This document shows positions 26,801-41,833 of a DNA stretch of 64,000 bases, piece by piece. Both the position numbers and the translations under genes were made by a program. Source of the stretch: Eledone cirrhosa. Lineage: Eukaryota. The notes under the pieces were generated by a model. The model did no database searches. It was given only the letters and a program-made list of their open reading frames with translations, and was not told the DNA's origin. The stretch covers positions 110,918,001-110,982,000 of the forward strand of contig OZ024743.1 in assembly GCA_964016885.1 (NCBI GenBank), written 5' to 3'. Positions within the stretch are counted from its first letter, which is position 1; each line of letters starts with the position of its first letter.

Positions 26801-28099
26801 ACCCACGAAGGCATGGATTATGTTAACTAAAATCCTAACAAACATTGAATAACTATGACAAAAGAGCGAACATACACGAACAATGTGAATCCCGTCTCGA
26901 ATGACTCAACAACCAAGATGATTATGTTGATGATGATGATCATCATAATAGTTCGAAAAAAAAACACTATAAGAATTAAAACTCGTAGAGATGGTTATAA
27001 ACAGGTTATGAATATTAATGTGAAAACTATTCATGATTCCCAAAGAACTCATTAATAACTGAAGCGCCACCAATGAGTAATAAGCACTTTTTTTTATATC
27101 CTTTAATATTTATTTAAATTTAGTGAAGTTTTTTCATCTTAAGTGTTCTTCTATTTCTTATTGATATTTATATTTTCCTTTTCAAATCTATCCCCCGCCT
27201 TTTCTGATATAAACACTGCTACGCAAAATCTTACATTATAATCAATTTTCCTTTGAGATCATAAATATAGTTCAATATATTTAAATATTTTCTAGAGAAA
27301 TGGATCGAAGTGAAACGTCTGACACCAGTACTTAGTAAATTGCTATCAACGACAATTACAACAGCAGTATCAGTATTCATAATAATAATCTTAACGACAA
27401 CGAAGTTGATGATGAGGGTGACAAAGTTTTGAATATAATGTGGATGATTGTAAAGATTATGAAGACAGTATGTTAAATATTGGGAGTATATAATAGCAGT
27501 ACTAAAGTAAATAAGTTTAACATCGTATTAATATTGATGTTTGCATTTTGTATTTTATACATGGCAGATTTTTAAAAGACTGTATTTATATATTTCCATA
27601 ATGGGCTGGGAGGTTTTCTTTGAATAATAGAATCCGAAGTCGGAAAAAAAAAGAAAAAAAAAAAGAAACAGAAAGTAATAAATATATGACATGTGTATTC
27701 CCATGCGAAAAAAATCAAATTCTCATTCCTTTTTATATTTGTATAATTTGCACATGAAATATTATCATGGATTAGCATCCACATATTTTATGGGTTAATT
27801 ATATTTACATATCTATTTTCTTCGGCATTAGCAAACAATAGTTGAATACCTACTTCGTGTATGAAAGAGGGGGAATTACACAAAGAAAGATAAAAGCACG
27901 AGGTAGAGGTTCGTATGCATATGTTTATGTATGTGTGTGCGCATATAACATTCTGTATGTATACATTTGTGTTTTTTCAAGTGCGTTTTTTGTCTATCTA
28001 TATACCAGAACACATTAATAGTTGAGATATTTGTAGAGATTCATCGCGACAATGATATTCACATTAATCTTGAAACATAAATTTGGGCCAGCATTTTAT

Positions 28100-28500
28100 A
28101 TTATGTGGATTAGGAGAATTGGTAGACCGATATATTTTGATATTTGTTCCTGCATTTTACATTCTGTGTTTAAATCCGACCGAGGTCATTTTTACCATTT
28201 ATTCTTCCAATGTCGATAAAATAATATACTAGCATAATCGTCTTTCTCCTTGGGTTTAGGCCAAAATGAAAAATAATCATTATATACCATTACGGTTGTA
28301 GATATGCCTTGTATAAAATGTTTTGCGTTATCTGTTTAAGAAATTCTACATTCTGAGTTTAAATCTCTCCGAGGTTAACTTAATCGTTCATACTTTCCGG
28401 ATAGATAAATAAAGTAACAGTCATGCACTGGGGTGTGATATAACACCCTATTACCCCCCCCCCCCCCCCCATTGCAGGCCTAGTATCTTATTTAGAATTA
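28100..28500 (+). mobile_element. Two degenerate family-1 SINE copies
   Basis: ttctg.gtttaaatc...gaggt...gtcgataaaataa motifs. Confidence 0.5.
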
Positions 28501-28892
28501 TACGTTAATTTAAGAGGATAACTAAAATAAAGAGATATTTATCTTCAGATTCATAAACAAAGGACTCCTTATATAAAGTATATTATTGTGTATATGTTAA
28601 ATCGTATGAATTAAAATTATAACAAATTGAAATAACTAATAGTTAAGCCTGCCAGACAAATTTACTAAACTGCGTAATTGTGGTTGCAAATTAAAATTGA
28701 AATATAATGAAAGTGCATTTTACAAATATCCCAAAGGCATTTAATTCATACACTCTGAAACATATATTTTCCTAATCAATTGACATATGCATATAAGAAA
28801 ATGAAGATTATATGTATTAACATCCTCAGCCATCAATGTTTACACATATTTATTTACATTTGCATTTGGGCGCAACAATGCTTGTACATATG

Positions 28893-28956
<64 letters not shown>

Positions 28957-29253
28957 TATGTATTATAAAATAACAGCAGGCTGGACTGGTGTAAATCCTT
29001 GAAAGGTTTATTATACTATGATCATTTAAATGAGCGGGTTCAGTATGATTCCGGTGACGTCATCAGGTATTCAAAATATAATGAAGGAATATAACAGATA
29101 AAATTCATGGGGCTGAAAATCAGAGACAAGAAGACGACCGACTATTTAGCAGCTTCTACCTCAGTCGGCCGCCCTATGCGTGGTCTCCATAATATTACAT
29201 CGAGATTGACCATACGGAATGACCTTTTCTATCCAGTGGTGAACTAACAAACC

Positions 29254-29333
<80 letters not shown>

Positions 29334-29374
29334 GAATATAAAATGAAAGTGCTTTTATAAAGGAATTTATTAGG

Positions 29375-29492
29375 TATTGACATATGTTTCTGTAACAGAC
29401 GGAAAACCTATGTATCGCTGCTTGCGTAATCATATAATGTTAGCAAGTATTCGATAGCAAATATATAATCAGTTGTCACACCTTCAGAGATA
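29375..29492 (-). ncRNA. Variant hammerhead motif, long stem II, in PLE terminal repeat
   Basis: CTGAAGG-TGTGACA...TGTTACA-GAAA-CATATG-TC; stem I weak. Confidence 0.5.
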
Positions 29493-32400
29493 TTGGATGA
29501 ATTGGAAAACAATCAGAAAAATTAGAGTATGTATATTAGTTGTAAGAAAGGAAGAAGAGAAGGGATAGTATATGACAGATGGCAATTCAATTTGCTGGTA
29601 AACAAGTGTATAGAAGGGATTTAATGAGAATACAATGAGTATATGGCTTATTTTATTTAAATAAGAATGTTCGGGAGTGCCTATTTTAATCTATATTTGA
29701 CCAATTGAACAATGGACAGGGCTGGTCGTTTGGTGTAGTTTTATCAATACAAATATAAAGTGTCGTGTAAGGAAGAGAAAGATTTTCACTGCTACTGTAT
29801 AACAACAATGCTGGTAGCCTGCTGGTATATGCATTAGGGAATTGAATTAAGAAATCTCATTGTATCTATAGCAGTTTATATTAAATGGTAAAGAATAGGA
29901 GGGTTGATAGAATTAAGACTAATAGAGAATGTTAATATATATTTTGACAATCAAACGGAGATGGAGACATGCGTTCAATCCTGGTAGGGTTTGTAATATG
30001 AAAATTTAGATTTCAAGCGATGTTTACAGTATAACGATCGCTCTATTCTGTTATTTAATAAAACTATTTTTGGATTTCATAATACAAAATATTTCCATAT
30101 TACACAGTTTACAATATTCCTGTCCTTGGTGGATTATGCAGGGGCAGAGGCTGTTATATCACATCTTAGGTTAAATTGTTGGTTATTTTCGCGCAGCTGC
30201 CAAACCTTGTCTGTGAGTGTTGTTACATAACGCTGGTGTTCATGTTTTATCGAGTAACGATGTCTATAAAGGCGAGATTTGAAGGTGGTAGCTGTAGACT
30301 CCACATAGTACCACTTCTGGCTACCCGATTCGATAGTACATTTGTATATGATGTTGCGTTCAAGACATTGATTGTTCAACGGACACATTCCTGGTTGGAC
30401 ACAGTTACAATTATAATTATGCGTTGTTGTATTACCATGGATGGGTTGATGTGGTTGCTTAGTTGTTTGTTGTTTTGTGATGTTATAGTCGATGTTTTGC
30501 GTGTATTGTTATGTGTTGGAAGGCGTTTATCCAACCGTTTTGCGTTAAGCTTTTTTATATGTTGTTCAATATTAGGGGCGGTTGAATATGAAATCGAATA
30601 GTGTTAGGGTTTAACATTTTATTATATTTATGTGATGTTGGAAAATGTGTTTTAACTAATCGAAAGAATCGTGAGGGTAGATTGGTTTTAATAGAGTTGT
30701 TATATACCGGGTTGTACCATATATACACTTTGCATCGCCTTCTGTTTGGTGGTGTGCGACTATTAGTGTGTCTATTGCGGTAGTATATGTATGGTGGTGA
30801 TTCTTTGCTATTTCTACCTCTATGAGATTTATTTTCGGTATTTTGGTGATCGTCAACTATATACCCTATATTATCTAGGTGTCGAGCCTTCCTAAGTGCA
30901 TCATCATAATATTCGGCATGTTCTTTGAAGGTTTGCTGGTTAGACGACAGGCGGGAGATTCTAAGGGAAATATTTCTAGGGATGGATTTAATTATAGTGG
31001 GTGGATGGTTAGAACCCGTATTTACATATTTAAGGTTCTCATTTAGTTTATGGAACGGTTTAATAGTTTCTGTATTGAGATTCAAAGTAACATCAAGGAA
31101 ATTGGCCTCTTTGAGGTTATATTCAAACGTAATATTTAATCCTAGTTCCTTAAAAAGCTTTCTAATATTGTTACGCATCCTTTCTAAATTCTGGTTATCC
31201 ATATGCTTAACTAATAGGAGCGCATCGTCACGGTAGAGTCCACCGTGGAGATCCTTGAATTTTCCTTGTAGTCTGTGGGTGATACAAATTCCCACAAGAT
31301 CAGTTACTTCCGCCGAATCATTGGAAACCATAGTTATATCAAAATTAGAAGGTATATCTTTGCGAACCTAGTAGCTATCATCAAGTTTAACAATAGTTTT
31401 CCTCGCTTCCATAATAATACTAATGTTATCATCCGTAAGGTCGGAGTTAGCCTTAGAGGACGAAAGGGCTTCATGCAGAGTATCAGGTAAGATTGAGGAA
31501 TAATACATATCATTATCGAACTGAATAAATTTTGATTTCTTCTTATCAGTAATGCTATTAAACCATATTATTGCCTCATGGGTGTTACCCCATAGTTTAA
31601 TATCTACTTTAGCCTTAACTTGGGGGATAATTCTGTCAAGTATATATGTACTAATTTTGCCTGTATCATATTTAGAGGGGCATATAAGTCTAAATTTAGG
31701 GTCAGTATCGTAGTTTACCTCATGGTCCTTCAGGTTGAAGGATGGTGTAGCTGGTGTTAAGGGTTGCGTTCTATCGTCAATACAAAGTTTTTTAACAATT
31801 TCACATGCCGAGTTGTTGATGTTTCTAAGTGTAGCTTCATTAGTTTTCTTATATTTTTTATGCAATTCCTTATGTATGAAATTATTGTAAGTGTCCACAT
31901 CCATGGTATATACGTTTGATGTTTTGTCTGCTCTAACAATAATTCCATTTGCGTTTTTTAGATTATTGAGCAGTGCCGTGATGTCATTCTGTAGTTTATT
32001 GTTTTTCGTTTCGTAAATTTGATCTCCATGATCCTATCCATTAGGTCCTGTTCAAATGCATCCAAAAGTGGATCTATTATTCTTAATTCTATCAACTCTT
32101 CTATTCTTTACCATTTAATATAAACTGCTATAGATAAAGTGAGATTTCTTAATTCTATTCCCTGATGTATATACCAGCAGGCTATCAGCATTATTTTATA
32201 CAGTAGCAGTGAAAATCTCTCTCTTCCTTACTTGACACTTTATATCTGTATTAATACTACTACACCAAACGACCAGCCCTGTCCATTGTTCAATTGGTCA
32301 AATATAGATTAAAATAGGCACTCCCAAAAATTATTATTTAAATAGAATAAGCCATATACTCATTATATTCTCATTAAAAAACGTCTATATACTTGTTTAC

Positions 32401-32504
32401 CAGCAAATTGAATTGCCATCTGTCATATACTATCCCTTCTCTTCTTCCTTTCTTACAACTAATATAAATACTATAATTTTTTCTGATTTTTCACAATTTA
32501 TCCA

Positions 32505-32623
32505 ATATCTCTGAAGGTGTGACAACTGATTATGCATTTGCTATCGAATACATTCTATCATTATATGATTACGCAAGCAGTGATACATAGGTATTCCGTT
32601 TGTTACAGAAACACATGTCAATA
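32505..32623 (+). ncRNA. Variant hammerhead motif (inverted copy)
   Basis: CTGAAGG-TGTGACAA...TTGTTACA-GAAA-CACATG-TC-AATA. Confidence 0.45.
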
Positions 32624-32764
32624 CCTAATAAATTCCTTTATAAAAGCACTTTCATTTTATATCCATCTTTTCTACATTTTCTCCGGAATATAATTTATAC
32701 ACGTTGAGCAAACCTACACGTACGCTGTTGATCTCTAACGTGACGATATATTATCACTACATTG

Positions 32765-32814
<50 letters not shown>

Positions 32815-32873
32815 AATATAAATATGTATACGTACATACATATATACAGTAGTATGTATATACATACATACAT

Positions 32874-32933
<60 letters not shown>

Positions 32934-32934
32934 G

Positions 32935-33530
32935 TATGGGTTTACCGAACATTTATTATAAGGCTCGAATTATTAGCCATAGTGTGTTCGGCAACCATCG
33001 TTGCCACTAGTTTCTAGCGTATTAGCTGCCATCAACATCGTATACCTTCCTGTCAGTTGATTGAACGTTTGAAAGTATAAACTTTCCGTATGTATATTAA
33101 CGGCTGAGCGCCCTAAGTTTCATATCGAGTGAGTTAGTTGAACGGGCGTACCGAAAGCGATAAATGGAAAAAATAAAATTTCATTTCTCACTCTTAGTAC
33201 GGCTGATACTTAAATATAAGTATGTATACGTACATACATATATGTATACATATGTAAAGTAGCATGTATATACATACATACACACATATATATATATGTA
33301 TGTATGGCTTTACCGAACATTTATTATAATGCTCGGTTTGTTTGTGAACAAACAGCCCGAATTATTAGCGTAGAGTGTTCGGCAACAACCGTTGCCGTTT
33401 TGTTGAACACCGACAAAGGAACGATGTACTAGTTTCTAGCCTATTAACTGTCATCAGCACCGTATTCCTTCCTGTCAGTTGATTGAACGTTTGAAAGTAT
33501 ATACTTTACTTAGGCATATTAACGGCTGAG
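32935..33530 (+). repeat. Diverged direct duplication (~32935-33110 and ~33303-33530)
   Basis: tttaccgaacatttattataa.gctcg...ccttcctgtcagttgattgaacgtttgaaagtata occurs twice. Confidence 0.8.
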
Positions 33531-33539
33531 CAGCATTTC

Positions 33540-33766
<227 letters not shown>

Positions 33767-33917
33767 ATACTTTGGGAGGGTCATGTTGCCAATAAGAAAC
33801 ACACGCACCAGTTGCTTTCACTTCAATTTAATTTAATATATATTTGTAAATTTACAAATTTATAAATTTCTGGTTGGTTGGTTGGTTCCACAACCAGATA
33901 GTTGTTTATATATATAT

Positions 33918-33962
33918 AGTCATAGTTTTTTCATCACACACTCTGTGACCTCTTCAGTGACT
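33918..33962 (-). ncRNA. Minimal type I hammerhead motif (inverted copy)
   Basis: AGTCA-CTGAAGA-g-GTCAC..GTGAT-GAAA-AAAC-TA-TGACT. Confidence 0.7.
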
Positions 33963-34844
33963 GGGGATTTCTTTCTTCGTGTCTGTGCCTTTCCTTTCTT
34001 CTATCCTACGCCATTTTGTTTGTGTGTGGGTTGCGTGCTCAGTTTGCGCATTCGCCACATCCGGGTGTCTGTGTGTGTTTGTGTTCATTTTTCTATTTTT
34101 CTATTTATATTTGTTTGTTTATTTATTTATTTATTGTTGGTTGGTTGTTTGTTCTATGTGTGTGTGTGTTTTCATTTTGTCTTGTGTGTGTTTTCATTTT
34201 GTGTGTGTTTTCAATTGTAAGTTGTTTGTTCTGTGTGTGTGTGTGTTTTCATTTTGTCCTTAATTGTAAGTTGTGATGTTGCTGTTCCACTCATATTTTC
34301 TATTTAATTTTGGTTTTAATTCTTTTATGCTTACTGCCTCTGTAATTTGCCTAAACATTGCGTCTTTCTTGTGTGTGGATTCTATTTTTATTTCTATGCT
34401 CTCTAATTTACCCCTGTGTTCTATCTTAGCATGTTGGTAGAGCACAGATGATTCTTTACTATCTTGGAGGTCTCGCCAGTGTTCATTTATTCGTTCCCCT
34501 ATACTACGAGCTGTCTGACCTATGTACACTATATTTTTTTTTCTTCATTGTCCTTCAGTACATCTTATGCTATATACTACATTTCTAGTTTTACAGTTAA
34601 TATAGGGGCTTATTTTACAGGTTATACATTTCTTATCTATACATGAGGGTCTTTGGAACGGGTATGTCTTGCTAATAAGTGTTTTTACCCATGACTTCCA
34701 AACATCTGATCCACCGAAACTCGGCCATTTCGGACCATACCAAAATCAACATACTGATTGCGGATTTGGTACGGGTGATGAGAAATGTGTCCCGCATGTG
34801 CAACCCCGAAGAACTAGAGATACATACAACACTTCATCCACCGT

Positions 34845-35579
34845 ATGCAGTTCTCTGGCTACAATCAGAGAGATAGAATCAGAGTGTATAAAGGAGCCAG
34901 AACCAAATGGGAAAAAATGGTAAATAATGACATAAATGGGACCTGCCCCTTGTATAGGAGCAAATTTTGGAATAGAATAGCAAGAACTAAGAACAAGGCC
35001 AATAGAATAAACTCATGGTATGATAGCAATAAATACCAGAGTGTAATGTTCATCAATACAACCCCTAGAGGCGAACTAGCCTACAAATTTAGAAGGGCCC
35101 TAAAGAAACATAATCTCAATATTAAGATAGTAGAAAGACCTGGTACCTCCGTAAAAACACTTATTAGCAAGACATACCCGTTCCAAAGACCCTCATGTAT
35201 AGATAAGAAATGTATAACCTGTAAAATAAGCCCCCATATTAACTGTAAAAATAGAAATGTAGTATATAGCATAAGATGTACTGAAGGACAATGTAGAAAC
35301 AAAAATATAGTGTACATAGGTGAGACAGCTCGTAGTATAGGGGAACGAATAAATGAACACTGGCGAGACCTCCAAGATAGTAAAGAATCATCTGTGCTCT
35401 ACCAACATGCTAAGATAGAACACAGGGGTAAATTAGAGAGCATAGAAATAAAAATAGAATCCACACACAAGAAAGACGCAATGTTTAGGCAAATTACAGA
35501 GGCAGTAAGCATAAAAGAATTAAAACCAAAATTAAATAGAAAATATGAGTGGAACAGCAACATCACAACTTACAATTAA
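34845..35579 (+). CDS. PLE protein C-terminus: RT thumb, Cys linker and GIY-YIG endonuclease (partial)
   Basis: CIDKKCITC..C..NVVYSIRC..YIGETARSIGERINEH..RQITEAV..LN. Confidence 0.85.
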   Translation: MQFSGYNQRDRIRVYKGARTKWEKMVNNDINGTCPLYRSKFWNRIARTKNKANRINSWYDSNKYQSVMFINTTPRGELAYKFRRALKKHNLNIKIVERPGTSVKTLISKTYPFQRPSCIDKKCITCKISPHINCKNRNVVYSIRCTEGQCRNKNIVYIGETARSIGERINEHWRDLQDSKESSVLYQHAKIEHRGKLESIEIKIESTHKKDAMFRQITEAVSIKELKPKLNRKYEWNSNITTYN

Positions 35580-35876
35580 GGACAAAATGAAAACACACAC
35601 ACACATAGAACAAACAACTTACAATTGAAAACACACACAAAATGAAAACACACACAAGACAAAATGAAAACACACACACACATAGAACAAACAACCAACC
35701 AACAATAAATAAATAAATAAACAAACAAATATAAATAGAAAAATAGAAAAATGAACACAAACACACACAGACACCCGGATGTGGCGCATGCGCAAACTGA
35801 GCACGCAACCCACACACAAACAAAATGGCGTAGGATAGAAGAAAGGAAAGGCACAGAAACGAAGAAAGAAATCCCC

Positions 35877-35921
35877 AGTCACTGAAGAGGTCACAGAGTG
35901 TGTGACGAAAGAACTATGACT
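35877..35921 (+). ncRNA. Minimal type I hammerhead motif in PLE 3' terminal repeat
   Basis: AGTCA-CTGAAGA-g-GTCAC agagtgt GTGAC-GAAA-GAAC-TA-TGACT. Confidence 0.82.
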
Positions 35922-36134
35922 ATATATATATAAACAACTATCTGGTTGTGGAACCAACCAACCAACCAGAAATTTATAAATTTGTAAATTTATAAATATA
36001 TATTAAATTAAATTGAAGTGAAAGCAACTGGTGCGTGTGTTTCTTATTGGCAACATGACCCTCCCAAAGTATAACAATATCGGTTTCAACACACGATTTC
36101 AGATAAAGAATCTTGCTAAACAAATTCAGAAACG

Positions 36135-36200
<66 letters not shown>

Positions 36201-36289
36201 ATAATAATAAATTTGAAGAATAAAATCCAAAGAGGGCTCGATAAGGATAAATATATGTAGAGCATATATTTATTAAAATAACAGATTAA

Positions 36290-36340
36290 AGTTTAAGCAA
36301 ATAATCGCTGCTTTCACCCTTAACGGGATCTTCTGAAACT
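36290..36340 (-). ncRNA. Hammerhead motif with mutated core (CAGAAGA) in PLE terminus
   Basis: AGTTT-CAGAAGA-tCCC gttaa GGGt-GAAA-GCA..TGC-TT-AAACT. Confidence 0.6.
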
Positions 36341-36526
36341 AACAACGTCAATCTGTAAACACAGAAGTGGATATTTCAGAAAACGTTGCAACCGGAGGAA
36401 GACAGGAAGACGATACTTTGGTTCGTGGAAACGTTCCCTTTTGCAAATAAGTAATGGTATAAACATAACATATACTTAGCTACCACATCAAGCCGTAAAG
36501 TATGCACGTATAGATCGTACTATCCG

Positions 36527-38197
36527 TTAGGGTATAATGTGGGGCTGTAGTACAGAAAATTTTGTGCAATTCATATTTACAAGTCGAAAAGCCTCAGATT
36601 TTTTGTTTAAGATGTGGTCTGTGGCATAGAGTATTTCCAGGGCCTCAGCGGCGCAGAGGTCACATGATCTTTTATTTCCGTTATACGATCTAGCCCTAGC
36701 TAGAATCTTCCAGTGTAACGTATATTGGGTGTTGTTGTCTTTTAGTCTCCAGATATAAGCTGAAAATGACGTCATATTCCTTCTTAGAGGGTAACAACAA
36801 GAATGGGTATGCATGTAAAGACGCTGCTTGAATCTATTGGCGGTTAACCCTATGTAGGCCCTACGGGACGTGGGTGTTTCAACCTGACATTTGTAGACAA
36901 TGTTACTAGAGAGGCATTTCCCGGATAGGGGGAAATCAATCCGATTCCTACAATTACAGTTAGTACTAACTACAGGGTTGCACGTGTTCCTACGGCTAGG
37001 TAGTTTAGCTAAAGTTGAAGCTGTGATGTTATGTGCAAGGTTAGGAGTCGTAGAAAAAGAAATGTTAATAGTATTTCTATTAAAAATGTTACTATATTTA
37101 TGTGTAGGGCGAAAATGCTTCGTAATAAGGGATAGAAAAATCATAGCTAATGGTGTGGCCACCTCCATATTATATGGTGGGTTATACCATATAACGCGAC
37201 GGGATCTATTTCTTCTAGGTCTATTCTCGTACTCTGTATATGCTACCTTATCGACAAATCCACTCCGAGAAAGAGCTTCATTGTAATAAGTGGAATGGTC
37301 GTTGAAAATATGCTCGTTAGTAGATAGACGCGAAAGCCTCAACGGAACGTTTCTCACCAGATTCTTGGTTATGCTGGAAGGATGGTTGGAATTCTTACTT
37401 ATGAAATTAAGCGTATCATTCGGCTTTCTATACGGGTAATACAAGCCATTCGATAAATTGAGGGTAACGCTGAGGTTATTAACGACCGAGAGGTTGGCCT
37501 TAACCTGTATAGAGAGGTTGAAGCCTTTAAAGAAAGCTGTGAGTTCTTTTCTGAACCTGTCGCAAGCACGAGGGCCGCACTTAGTCATGGTCAAAAGACA
37601 ATCATCACGGTACAAACCACCGTCCGCGTTGGGGAATTCGTCCTTGATAGAGAAAAGAAGGAAAAGGCCGATAAGATCAGTAACCTCCGCAGAATCGCTG
37701 GCGCCCATATTCACATCGAATGGGGTACTATTGGATTTTTTAATCCAAAAAGAGTCGTCGAAATGAATCACCCACTTACTGACATTGAGGATGACATCAA
37801 CTTCGAAATCCTTAACCACTGTGAGTGTTTTAGCGAAAATGATAGCTCTAAGGAGAAGTGGTAAAGTGATGGAGGAGTAGTAATTATTGATGTCGAATTG
37901 GATAAAACGGCAATGTTCCTTGTTGCATATGCCGTTGAACCAATCAATCACCGCGAAATAATTTTTCCACAGTGCAAGAGGGGCCGAACTTCTAATTTTA
38001 GGTATAATTCTATCAAGAATCCTTTTACTAAGTCTACCTAAATCTGACTTCGTAGGGTTAATAAGCCGAATAGAGGGGTTGTTCGGAAAATTGTATTTGT
38101 GATCCTTCAGGGTAAATTGGGGAGAAATAGGGTCCAGAGGTTCGGTCCAGGATGTTGAGATCAGAGGTGATTGTAAACCCAGCATCGTTGATTTCAT
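36527..38197 (-). CDS. PLE reverse transcriptase plus GIY-YIG endonuclease (N-terminally truncated)
   Basis: QFDINNYYSSI, MGASDSAEVTDL, GGLYRDD, WYNPPY, CNC..PLSGKC, IVYKC..YIGLT..FKQR, CDLC..E..LNKKSE. Confidence 0.9.
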   Translation of the reverse strand: MKSTMLGLQSPLISTSWTEPLDPISPQFTLKDHKYNFPNNPSIRLINPTKSDLGRLSKRILDRIIPKIRSSAPLALWKNYFAVIDWFNGICNKEHCRFIQFDINNYYSSITLPLLLRAIIFAKTLTVVKDFEVDVILNVSKWVIHFDDSFWIKKSNSTPFDVNMGASDSAEVTDLIGLFLLFSIKDEFPNADGGLYRDDCLLTMTKCGPRACDRFRKELTAFFKGFNLSIQVKANLSVVNNLSVTLNLSNGLYYPYRKPNDTLNFISKNSNHPSSITKNLVRNVPLRLSRLSTNEHIFNDHSTYYNEALSRSGFVDKVAYTEYENRPRRNRSRRVIWYNPPYNMEVATPLAMIFLSLITKHFRPTHKYSNIFNRNTINISFSTTPNLAHNITASTLAKLPSRRNTCNPVVSTNCNCRNRIDFPLSGKCLSSNIVYKCQVETPTSRRAYIGLTANRFKQRLYMHTHSCCYPLRRNMTSFSAYIWRLKDNNTQYTLHWKILARARSYNGNKRSCDLCAAEALEILYATDHILNKKSEAFRLVNMNCTKFSVLQPHIIP

Positions 38198-38255
38198 TGA
38201 TGACGCACCGATAAGGGTGAAAGCAGCGATTCTTTGCTTAAACTTTAATCTGTTA

Positions 38256-39800
<1,545 letters not shown>

Positions 39801-40018
39801 TGTCATATGTAATGTTTCTTCCTCACGATTCTCATTAGTGTGAAGTCGCTCTAAGCTGATCTCTTATGTTCAGTGTTAAATAAACCAATTTATAAATAAA
39901 CCAATTTATATATAAACATTTCCTATAAGTTTATATCAAAATATATGTTGAGCAGAGAGCTTTATTCATATCTATATACAGTTTTTCTATACACACACAT
40001 CCATATGATTCTTACCTG

Positions 40019-40049
<31 letters not shown>

Positions 40050-40863
40050 GTGTGTGTATATATATATATATGTATATATGTATGAGTGTGTATGCATATA
40101 TATATATGTATGTGTGTGTATATATGTATATATAGATGTGTATTTGTGGATATAGATATGTATGGATATGTATGTATATGATTATATTCATACGTGTAAA
40201 TGTGTATTTAGATTTACATCTATTTGTGCGTATATATATTTTTGGTTGGATATCAATTTAACTGTACCTCTCTCTATATATAGTGTGCATATATGCACTT
40301 TGTAATCTATGAAATGTATGTGTTTTAACTAGGCCAACATGTATTTATCTGAGATTGATTATTTATGCATGAACACACTTGATAGTATTTTAGAGCGTAT
40401 CATATGCTATATTATACTAAATGCAATTTACCACACCATACTATATTGTGTTGGTTAAGTTGTATATTATCGCATTACTGTATTTCATTATCTTATTATA
40501 ATTTTCATATGTTAATATACTAACTTTCCTAGGTATAACCTTAATTTATATTCACATTAAAACTCAATACAACACAAATCACCATGCATTTTGACATTCC
40601 TTTTAAATTTACTATACCAGATACTTTCAACTATCAGTTTGACAATCCCTTTCCTCCTAATAGATGTGTATGCCAATTCTAATATTAACACCCTTCAAAC
40701 ATCCCTTTCAAAGGGTCATGACCTCAACTATAGTATATTACCTTTCATCTTAACACCATATGAAAAAAAAATTTGATTCGTTAGTTGTTCAACTACCTCC
40801 AAATAAGGAAATTATAGTAACGTACTACTAATTCTGAATAAAATTATTATTCAATAACATTAT

Positions 40864-41005
40864 TATTGCTTTTGAAAACAGCTGGTGATATGCATGTAAG
40901 TAAATATTCCCTTTATCTGATAGTTTATAACTAACTTTAGATAGATCAATAACCGAGTATAGCTACAATGTATTATCATCATCTAGAAACGATCGTAAAT
41001 CAGTG
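40864..41005 (+). ncRNA. Hammerhead motif with compensatory U3-A8 core and long stem II
   Basis: TATTGCTT-TTGAAAA-cAGcTGGTGATA...TATCATCAtCTa-GAAA-CGATCG-TA-AATCAGTG; homologous to the 4501 motif. Confidence 0.62.
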
Positions 41006-41196
41006 AAGTATATCTCTAATGACTTGATTTTTTCTTGATGACTTGAATTTTTCATTGTTTTAACTTATATCATGACTCTGTTTTACTTTTAATGTTTTAT
41101 TGTTTTCCGAGATTTATCTTAACCTACAACATTTTCAACATATGGATTACATCGAGTTCTTCATGCAGAATAGACCCCTCAACTTACTGCGGATAC

Positions 41197-41253
<57 letters not shown>

Positions 41254-41375
41254 CATATATATATTTATGTATGTTAAATGTTAAGACCGTCTTCCAGCTA
41301 TATGAAGCGTTAACCTAATATATCTCTTCCATATACTGTACCTATTCGTGTTGTTTTTTTCCGTTTATATTTTAC

Positions 41376-41493
<118 letters not shown>

Positions 41494-41572
41494 CTATATA
41501 TAGCCAGCGAATCTCAACCGTTATGGTAGTCTTAATGTGGGTATGTCAATATTTATTTTTAAAACAAATTTG

Positions 41573-41638
41573 TATTTTATCTGATGAAAGCGCACCATAA
41601 TTTGCCTTGGTTGCCCTTGAAATATATATAATAAAATA
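41573..41638 (+). ncRNA. Type I hammerhead motif (paralog of 2690)
   Basis: TATTTTAT-CTGATGA-AAGcGCACCA..TGGtTGCcCTT-GAAA-TATATA-TA-ATAAAATA. Confidence 0.78.
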
Positions 41639-41760
41639 ATTATGGTTTTATAAATATACTTTCTATTTATTAATATATTGAACATTTACTCCACTAAACA
41701 TTATATCAGTTATAAAATGTTAATCTTGTTGAATCACAACAAATTAAATATAGCCTCTGC

Positions 41761-41793
<33 letters not shown>

Positions 41794-41798
41794 TAAAA

Positions 41799-41833
<35 letters not shown>

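Larger units (their letters stand above)
29326..32766 (-). mobile_element. Penelope-like element (Naiad-like), frameshifted RT and GIY-YIG, with ~600-bp inverted terminal copy
   Basis: ORFs 31368-31904, 30555-31331 (GGLYRDDA) and 30134-30388 (CPLNNQC..IIYKC..FKSRL); 29326-29926 is inverted versus ~32073-32670. Confidence 0.9.
36198..38262 (-). mobile_element. Penelope-like element (Naiad-like), 5'-truncated, with short inverted terminal piece at 38212-38262
   Basis: Long RT-EN ORF; taagggtgaaagcagcgatt...ctgttattttaata present in both orientations. Confidence 0.92.

Noticed and set aside
29020-29075. Minus-strand CTGATGA in an element between TA tracts
   Set aside because: Followed by GAAC rather than GAAA with no pairing stem II; possibly a relic but unsupported
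38197-38245. Apparent complete HHR TTGATGA..GGT-GAAAGCA..TGCTT
   Set aside because: The 5' half is antisense PLE coding sequence joined at the inversion junction; stem I is absent and the core is U3 with G8
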